A DNA stretch of 64,000 bases, from the IMG/VR virus record IMGVR_UViG_3300040811_001959; one strand, 5' to 3'. The translations under genes and the position numbers were made by a program. This DNA comes from a virus (lineage: Duplodnaviria; Caudoviricetes). Each line of letters begins with the position of its first letter. Positions within the stretch are counted from its first letter, which is position 1. Below the pieces are notes generated by a model. It was not told the origin of the DNA, searched no databases, and saw nothing but the letters and a program-made list of their open reading frames with translations. This document shows positions 58,031 to 64,000 of this stretch, piece by piece.

Positions 58031-58263
58031 TAGGCTATTTCATCTTCCTCTGGTTCGTCTAAGAGTTGTGCAGACACTACAGTTGGTTTACCTTGCTCTG
58101 CTTTTTTTAATTCTAATTCTTGTTGTAGCGGACTAACTAATACAGGTGGCTTATCGTCAGCTTGTGGTTCATCCTGTGCTCCTGGCATATCAATTTCAGG
58201 ATCACCGTCGCCGTTTATTTTAATGTTAATGGGTACATTAATTGTAAATTCTCTTGCTCTCAT
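58030..58263 (-). CDS. Small protein with MRAREF leader
   Basis: Late box upstream. Confidence 0.55.
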   Translation of the reverse strand: MRAREFTINVPINIKINGDGDPEIDMPGAQDEPQADDKPPVLVSPLQQELELKKAEQGKPTVVSAQLLDEPEEDEIA

Positions 58264-58282
58264 ACTTTACCTTTTTTAATAT

Positions 58283-59635
58283 TTATCTGTGTTCCTGCCA
58301 GGTAAGACTTCCTACAGCGTGATCATTGTTTGAGGTAGCAATTGCTGCTAGTACATAAACATCGCTGGTACCATCTAAAAATCTTCCTATTTGTTGCGAA
58401 AAGTCTACTTGACCAGAAGATATGCTCGCGGTTCCGCCTTTATTTCCACCAACAAATATACCTGTGTCTATTATTATTCCGCCTGTTAAACCAGTTCCAG
58501 TTATATCATATTCTACACTGCTGTCGGATCCTGCACTTGTCCATACTGCACCCGTTAATGTAGGATTCATAATCAATGCATATTTATAAGCAACTTGTTC
58601 TAATCCTAATAGATCATATTTAGTAGGTATCACTACACTATCTAAATTCGAAGATTTTAATCTTATAGAAATTAAAGGTCTATAAACAGTTTGTGATAAA
58701 CTTTTACCCTCTAAAGATGTGCTAGCAGATCTTGTAAAACTCTTATTTAAGTATCCTCCTTCGCTTATAACAGTGGCACAAATAGCTTTCATAGTACCAC
58801 TAGCAGCGGTTGAAGTTATTTCATATCTGCATGGAAGGGTGGCGGTTGTCATATATACCTTATCAAATATATTAGCATGATGAAATATATGGCAAGTTAC
58901 AAATTGTCCATTTAACACAAAACCTGCCCTTACAGAACCAACTCCTAACCATTCTACATCACACCACCATATTTGTGTTTTTGAAACATCTATTTCTATT
59001 CCTGTTAAATTATATTGTCCACCTTCTCCATTTAATCTATCAACATTCCAGGAAGATTGTGCAACCCTTTCACTGGTATCATCTACAACTCCGCTAGTGT
59101 TTTTCCTTATAACTAGATAGAGTTCATTATCCGACTGCTCAAAATATATACCATTTTCACTGCCAAAATACCCTACCCGTTGGCGTAACCCTACAATTGG
59201 AGCTTCCATTACAAAAGTACTCATAATTAAAAGACTCTTACCAGGTTGATATGCGAAGACCCTTTTAGTTTCTCTTATACTTTCGTCACCTGCGCCTGAT
59301 ACAGTCATATCAATTGTGCTTTCGTTTAGGACATGAGTTGATGTTGCTGCACCTGTATCCTGTTGGTCCCATAAAAATGCATCGTCCCTATACCGCATAG
59401 CACCGTCAAATAATGTATAAGGAGAGCTTACCCTTAATCTACCAAACGCATCTGAACTAGAACTTATATTTCCTGCTCCATTATAGCTGACACCTCCGAT
59501 ATTATTAACCCTTAGGACAGGCTCCCCGGAAGGACTATATTCCATTGCGTAATGCAAATTAAGAAGATGCGATTCATCTGGATGATCGTAATTTGTTGTA
59601 TTATTTGATAATCTGCTATAAGCCATTATGCCCAC
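58283..59635 (-). CDS. Probable virion structural protein
   Basis: DAFGRLRVSSPYTLFD...YQPGKS, beta-rich. Confidence 0.55.
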   Translation of the reverse strand: MGIMAYSRLSNNTTNYDHPDESHLLNLHYAMEYSPSGEPVLRVNNIGGVSYNGAGNISSSSDAFGRLRVSSPYTLFDGAMRYRDDAFLWDQQDTGAATSTHVLNESTIDMTVSGAGDESIRETKRVFAYQPGKSLLIMSTFVMEAPIVGLRQRVGYFGSENGIYFEQSDNELYLVIRKNTSGVVDDTSERVAQSSWNVDRLNGEGGQYNLTGIEIDVSKTQIWWCDVEWLGVGSVRAGFVLNGQFVTCHIFHHANIFDKVYMTTATLPCRYEITSTAASGTMKAICATVISEGGYLNKSFTRSASTSLEGKSLSQTVYRPLISIRLKSSNLDSVVIPTKYDLLGLEQVAYKYALIMNPTLTGAVWTSAGSDSSVEYDITGTGLTGGIIIDTGIFVGGNKGGTASISSGQVDFSQQIGRFLDGTSDVYVLAAIATSNNDHAVGSLTWQEHR

Positions 59636-59856
59636 GGTCTCCCTGGTAATAGTCCACCTGCATTTGGATTAGTATCTACAGGATCAGTATTATCTGCTGG
59701 ATTATAAGTTTTTGGCAATTGTGTCAAATCATAATTAGCATTTGGATATCTACCGGGCATTGCTGCCCGCTTTGCACTTGCAAGATCGAGTTTTGCTATT
59801 TGTCTATCCTTTTTTAATGGTATAGTTGAAATGCCGTTTGCTGCCATTATGACCAC
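59626..59856 (-). CDS. Small hypothetical protein
   Basis: AANGISTI...KLDLA...GGLLPGRPW. Confidence 0.5.
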   Translation of the reverse strand: MVIMAANGISTIPLKKDRQIAKLDLASAKRAAMPGRYPNANYDLTQLPKTYNPADNTDPVDTNPNAGGLLPGRPWA

Positions 59857-60131
59857 CCCCTAGGATCTTTTACCCTTAAATCATCAACATGTTTTGGTCC
59901 ATTTAATCCTCCGCCTGCACCAGTTGTTACGCTGTCTATACCAGTAACAATTTCGTTAGGACTGTTTGAATAATATTGTGGTCCTCTATTTGCCAATACT
60001 GCTGCTATTTGCTCAAATCTTCTTAATTCTTCATTATCTCTAGACGGTGATTCGATATTGCCTTCTTTCGGGTCCTTGTCAAATGCGTCAATTAAATCAA
60101 GCACAGCTCTAATCATATCAGTTGTTTTCAT
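59847..60131 (-). CDS. Small hypothetical protein
   Basis: 94-aa ORF in operon. Confidence 0.5.
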   Translation of the reverse strand: MKTTDMIRAVLDLIDAFDKDPKEGNIESPSRDNEELRRFEQIAAVLANRGPQYYSNSPNEIVTGIDSVTTGAGGGLNGPKHVDDLRVKDPRGWS

Positions 60132-60139
60132 TCTTTTTC

Positions 60140-61609
60140 CTAATAATTTATATCGTCGTAGTCTGGGCTATCGTCAGTCCACTTGAGCTTTATTACTTCT
60201 TCTTTTTCCATATCCTTAAATCGTCTATAGAACATTTCAATTTCTCCTTCTAGCTCCTGTCCAGTAGGTAGACTGTCTACATCATACCATTTAGAAAATT
60301 CTTTTTCTTTAGTGTCAGGATATTTTTTCATATATTCTTGTTTCAGCGGAGCAGGTATTTTAAATTGTATCTTATTGGCTCCACCGAATAAATTTACCAT
60401 ATCGTAACCGCCTGACATTAAATTTATCTCTTCCGGAAAGTCTTCATACTGTTGCTCGTTAAAGTCAACTCCATACTTGGTAGCATTTATAAGCGCCATT
60501 TTAGATTGCTTACCCCATTGATCAAAGCCAGTGCCCTTTGCGATTGTCAACTTTGTGTTTACCATATTTTGCGCTACAACACAGGCTCCCCAGATGCGTA
60601 TGCCTACCGCCCATGCATTCTTGCCATCTATGTCTTCGTGTAGTGTAAAGAAAGTTCCAAATACTACATGAGGATTAGATACTTCACTAAGCGGTACATC
60701 CCACTCCATAGGCTTTGCCCCATACTCTTTGTTGTAAACCATGTCAACAACTTTAAATGCGCCTGTATGGAAGAACACTGCTTGTATAGGTTCATATGGA
60801 TGTATAATTTCTTGCCCTTTCCTATCTACCACACCATCGTATCCCATATCTCTAAATAACTTATTCCACTTGTTCGTATCTTTTGGCGGTGAAGGTTTGT
60901 CAAATAATTTAAAACGCACTACTTCATCATTGTAGTTAGGAGGAGCATCGCCTTCGTCCTGTGCTTTCTGCTCCATGCGTTTCAATTCCATTGTATACTG
61001 TTTAATAGGAATAAGGTTACTGTCATTTACAGATCCGGAAAGGGCAAAAAATGCCATGCGTGTAGCATTCCAAAACATACCTCCTGGAGTCCGTATTCGT
61101 GCTGCTGACTTAGCACTATCTAATAATCCTTTGGCCATTTCCCAACTCAGCACTTGACTGTGACCTTTAGAGTGGAAATGGTCTACAAGTTTTTTTGCTA
61201 CTATTTCTAAATCTTTGTCTATTTGATCACTGCCATATTTTTCAAGATCAAGCATGTTACCTGTTGCTCGGATGATATATACAGCAGGCTGTTCACCAGC
61301 AAACGGAACAGTAAAAACCCGCCTACTAGGATCTGCACCATCTCGCCACATTTCAGGTAGCGGATAAGTGTATATTCCATTAGGTGTATTGTACTTGCTT
61401 TTTGGATTTATTCCTATCTTAAAGCCACTGGTATTCCTACCTTTAGCAACAGATGTCTTACTTGTTATGCCTCTCCCTACATCCATCGTATAACTGATAT
61501 AGATATCAGGATCATCTTTGTATTTTTCCAGTGCATCATACAAACTAACTTTAGGATTTTGTTCTGGATTGCGTCTTGCTTCGTCTATTTTAAATTCTCT
61601 AAATCTCAT
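60140..61609 (-). CDS. MRFREF-leader protein with ADP-ribosyltransferase-like motifs
   Basis: TPNGIYTYPL...GYDGVVD...IHPYEPIQAVFF. Confidence 0.45.
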   Translation of the reverse strand: MRFREFKIDEARRNPEQNPKVSLYDALEKYKDDPDIYISYTMDVGRGITSKTSVAKGRNTSGFKIGINPKSKYNTPNGIYTYPLPEMWRDGADPSRRVFTVPFAGEQPAVYIIRATGNMLDLEKYGSDQIDKDLEIVAKKLVDHFHSKGHSQVLSWEMAKGLLDSAKSAARIRTPGGMFWNATRMAFFALSGSVNDSNLIPIKQYTMELKRMEQKAQDEGDAPPNYNDEVVRFKLFDKPSPPKDTNKWNKLFRDMGYDGVVDRKGQEIIHPYEPIQAVFFHTGAFKVVDMVYNKEYGAKPMEWDVPLSEVSNPHVVFGTFFTLHEDIDGKNAWAVGIRIWGACVVAQNMVNTKLTIAKGTGFDQWGKQSKMALINATKYGVDFNEQQYEDFPEEINLMSGGYDMVNLFGGANKIQFKIPAPLKQEYMKKYPDTKEKEFSKWYDVDSLPTGQELEGEIEMFYRRFKDMEKEEVIKLKWTDDSPDYDDINY

Positions 61610-61615
61610 AGCTTC

Positions 61616-62536
61616 TCACATTAATATAATTTGGCCTTTAATGCTGTCTTCGAAAGCAGGAAACAATTCGTCATTTAATTGGTCTTGCAAGTCTTCTATA
61701 TAACCTTCTAGGATACTTTTATCCATATCAGTCAACTCTTGCTCGTTACGTGGGTTAGGTGCTTTCGTTACATTTTCAATATCAAGTGCATCAGGTGCTC
61801 GTAATTGTACTGCTCCTCTGTTGAGATACTGTGCCCACATTTCATATATACCTTCGTATCTGTCTCTCACAACACCTTTCCTTGCGCTACCTGTAGTCAT
61901 TATCTTTTGCAATCCGTAGTCAGCCCATTTAGCTTGCTTGTCATCTAACATCTTGTTAGGATTCTTAGGATTGTGCTGTAGGTCAACACCAAAGTTACCA
62001 AATATACTATGTAGTCCTTCAAACACTGCGGTTACAATCGCAGAGTAAGCAGGATTTTCTTCTCCTTGTGTCATCCTACTGCCGTGTCCTAATCTGTGTA
62101 ACAACATCCATCCGCTAACAGCAATCCAATTGTCAGCTGCATTGCCTAGGAAGAACACAACAGTTTTATCTTTGTGCTGCGGAGTCCTAGTCATTGTTTT
62201 GGGATCTACAATGCCCATTTCAACCAACTGATCAAAGCCTTCTTCAAACTCTTGGAATAGGTCGTCTACAGTTACAACGCCTCTTTCTACGATTTCCGGA
62301 TTGTATGTGGCTTCTCCTGATACAGGAATTAGGATGTAATCATTCTTAGTTTTGCTCCAGCTCTTATAAACTTTTTGTTTCCATTGCGGATTAAAGATTT
62401 TTTTCTTTTCTCCTGCTTTCCAAGGCTCTTCATAATCATCTCCCCATTCTTCTTCATGATCATAATCCCAGTCGCCCATTGGTTGGAAATCGCTAATAGG
62501 AGCTTCCTTAATCCTTTTAAATTCTTTGAATCTCAC
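61616..62536 (-). CDS. MRFKEF-leader hypothetical protein (GTG start)
   Basis: AAGGA SD, TAAATA box at 62567-62572. Confidence 0.55.
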   Translation of the reverse strand: MRFKEFKRIKEAPISDFQPMGDWDYDHEEEWGDDYEEPWKAGEKKKIFNPQWKQKVYKSWSKTKNDYILIPVSGEATYNPEIVERGVVTVDDLFQEFEEGFDQLVEMGIVDPKTMTRTPQHKDKTVVFFLGNAADNWIAVSGWMLLHRLGHGSRMTQGEENPAYSAIVTAVFEGLHSIFGNFGVDLQHNPKNPNKMLDDKQAKWADYGLQKIMTTGSARKGVVRDRYEGIYEMWAQYLNRGAVQLRAPDALDIENVTKAPNPRNEQELTDMDKSILEGYIEDLQDQLNDELFPAFEDSIKGQIILM

Positions 62537-62566
62537 AGCTTGTCCTTTTATTATTTCTTGTTTACA

Positions 62567-62580
62567 TATTTATGTAAATA
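62567..62580. promoter_or_regulatory. Back-to-back divergent TAAATA late boxes
   Basis: TATTTA-TG-TAAATA between divergent genes. Confidence 0.6.
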
Positions 62581-62585
62581 GCTGT

Positions 62586-63779
62586 ATGATAGATAAAAAG
62601 CCGTTTCATGATACAATAGAAGCATTAAAGCAACAAGGTAGATATCGTGTGTTTAACGATATTGTACGAGAACGAGGAGACTTCCCCCGTGCTATCTGGT
62701 ATGGACCGTACGCTATTAAAACAGTTGTAAACTGGTGTAGCAACGACTATCTTGGCATGGGGCAGAACAAAGTTGTAATAGATGCTATGCACACTGCACT
62801 TGATCAAACAGGCAGTGGTAGTGGAGGAACTCGTAACATTGGAGGCACTAGCCACTATCATGTTGCGTTAGAAAAACAACTAGCCATGCTCCATCGGAAG
62901 GAACGGGGGCTATTGTTTACGTCCGCCTACGTTGCAAATGAATGGACGTTGATCGCCTTAAGCAAAATCATACCCGACCTAGTATTCCTAAGTGATAGCA
63001 AGAATCACGCATCCCTTATACAAGGGATCCGGCATAGTGGGGCTCCCAAACGGATTTGGCAGCATAATGATATGGGCGATTTAGAACGTGCATTGCAAGA
63101 AACAGAAGGCACGCCTTGTATCGTGTTTGAATCCGTGTATAGCATGGATGGAGATGTTTCGCCAATGCACGACATTTGCAACCTCGCCGATCGTTACGGA
63201 GCTATAACTTACATAGACGAAGTGCATGCTGTTGGACTATATGGCACAACAGGTGCAGGTAAGCTAGAAGAATTAGGTTTACAAGATCGTGTTGATATCG
63301 TAAATGGTACATTAGGTAAAGCATTTGGAATGCAAGGAGGTTATATTGCTGCAGATGAAATTATTTGTGATGCTGTGCGCTCTATTGCTAGTGGTTTCAT
63401 ATTTACAACTAGCCACAGTCCTGTGATGTGTGCAGGAGCTTTAACCAGTATAAAATATGTCATGGATCATAACGATCTAAGGATAAAGCATCAAGCACAA
63501 TCACAAAAACTTAAACAACATTTGCAGGCATTAGGCTTTGAAATACATCCTGCAGCTAGTACACATATCGTACCTGTAATAATAGGAGATGCTGTAAAAT
63601 GTAAAGCAATGAGCGATGTTCTCCTAAATGATTATAGCATTTATGTACAACCTATAAACTTTCCTACAGTTGAAGAAGGAACGGAGCGTTTGCGGTTTAC
63701 TCCTACACCTCTCCATACTGATAACATGATTAACGAACTGGTAACCGCTTTGACACAGGTATTTAATGAACATTCGTAA
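62586..63779 (+). CDS. hemA: 5-aminolevulinate synthase (Shemin pathway, PLP-dependent)
   Basis: QGRYRVF, WCSNDYLGM, GGTRNIGG, DEVHAVGLYG, GTLGKAFG; start reassigned to MIDKKPF. Confidence 0.96.
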   Translation: MIDKKPFHDTIEALKQQGRYRVFNDIVRERGDFPRAIWYGPYAIKTVVNWCSNDYLGMGQNKVVIDAMHTALDQTGSGSGGTRNIGGTSHYHVALEKQLAMLHRKERGLLFTSAYVANEWTLIALSKIIPDLVFLSDSKNHASLIQGIRHSGAPKRIWQHNDMGDLERALQETEGTPCIVFESVYSMDGDVSPMHDICNLADRYGAITYIDEVHAVGLYGTTGAGKLEELGLQDRVDIVNGTLGKAFGMQGGYIAADEIICDAVRSIASGFIFTTSHSPVMCAGALTSIKYVMDHNDLRIKHQAQSQKLKQHLQALGFEIHPAASTHIVPVIIGDAVKCKAMSDVLLNDYSIYVQPINFPTVEEGTERLRFTPTPLHTDNMINELVTALTQVFNEHS

Positions 63780-64000
63780 AGCACTTTGGTTTTCAGCAGG
63801 AATGTTTTTCCTAGCTGTTGCATTTGTTGGAGTATATTTGCCAGGATTACCGTGGAGTACTCCTGCTGTAATTGCAGCATTTTGTTTTAGTAAGAGCAGC
63901 GACAGGATGCATCGCTGGTTGTATAATCATAAACTGTTTGGGCCATTCCTTACTGGCTGGCAAGAGAAAAGGATATTCCCTACCAAGTTCAAATACTTTA
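63766..64000 (+). CDS. YbaN/DUF454-family inner membrane protein (runs off window end; not in ORF track)
   Basis: AFVGVYLPGLPWSTPAVIAAFCFSKSSDRMHRWLYNHKLFGPFLTGWQE. Confidence 0.85.
   Translation, partial: MNIRKALWFSAGMFFLAVAFVGVYLPGLPWSTPAVIAAFCFSKSSDRMHRWLYNHKLFGPFLTGWQEKRIFPTKFKYF

Noticed and set aside
1-64000. Bacterial chromosome (dnaK, clpP, prs, hemA, rpsU, ssrA present)
   Set aside because: These genes lack their usual operon partners and are interleaved with PAAR, tail fibres, TAAATA late promoters and many phage-type hypothetical proteins.
1-64000. Stop-codon reassignment as in some jumbo phages
   Set aside because: Conserved genes are full length and coding density is high under the standard code.

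Overview
64 kb segment of a large, AT-rich T4-like/jumbo myovirus genome, nearly all on the minus strand. It has recurrent TAAATA late-promoter boxes, PAAR, nrdAB, tail fibres and no rRNA/tRNA operons. The host is probably an Alphaproteobacterium, inferred from the ALA synthase hemA, a circularly permuted two-piece tmRNA and ROSE-like leaders. Layout: (1) 1-10.4 kb proteostasis/redox/bilin block (clpP, peroxiredoxin, glutaredoxin, pcyX-hemO, clpS, hsp20, dnaK, rpsU); (2) 10.8-17.6 kb envelope/lipoprotein genes, SleB hydrolase, tmRNA and unannotated mini-ORFs including a 26-aa, 9-Cys metallothionein-like peptide; (3) 17.9-33 kb nrdAB, exonuclease, NifU, prs and many probable head-packaged proteins sharing an MRFxEF/MKxxEI(L) N-terminus; (4) 35.6-50 kb, the most unusual part: a cluster of two radical SAM enzymes, 2OG-Fe(II) oxygenase paralogs (several lacking Fe ligands), two halogenase-fold proteins lacking the catalytic Lys and a GT9-like enzyme, directly downstream of a protein with a 54-residue alternating Cys-Xaa tract (27 Cys, mostly Cys-Lys); (5) 50-64 kb tail fibres, further putative packaged proteins and hemA-ybaN. 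The best candidate for an undescribed system is the radical SAM/SPASM plus (Cys-Lys)n protein cluster, which looks like RiPP-style post-translational modification of a virion-associated protein. All family assignments come from motif recognition by eye; no database searches were run.
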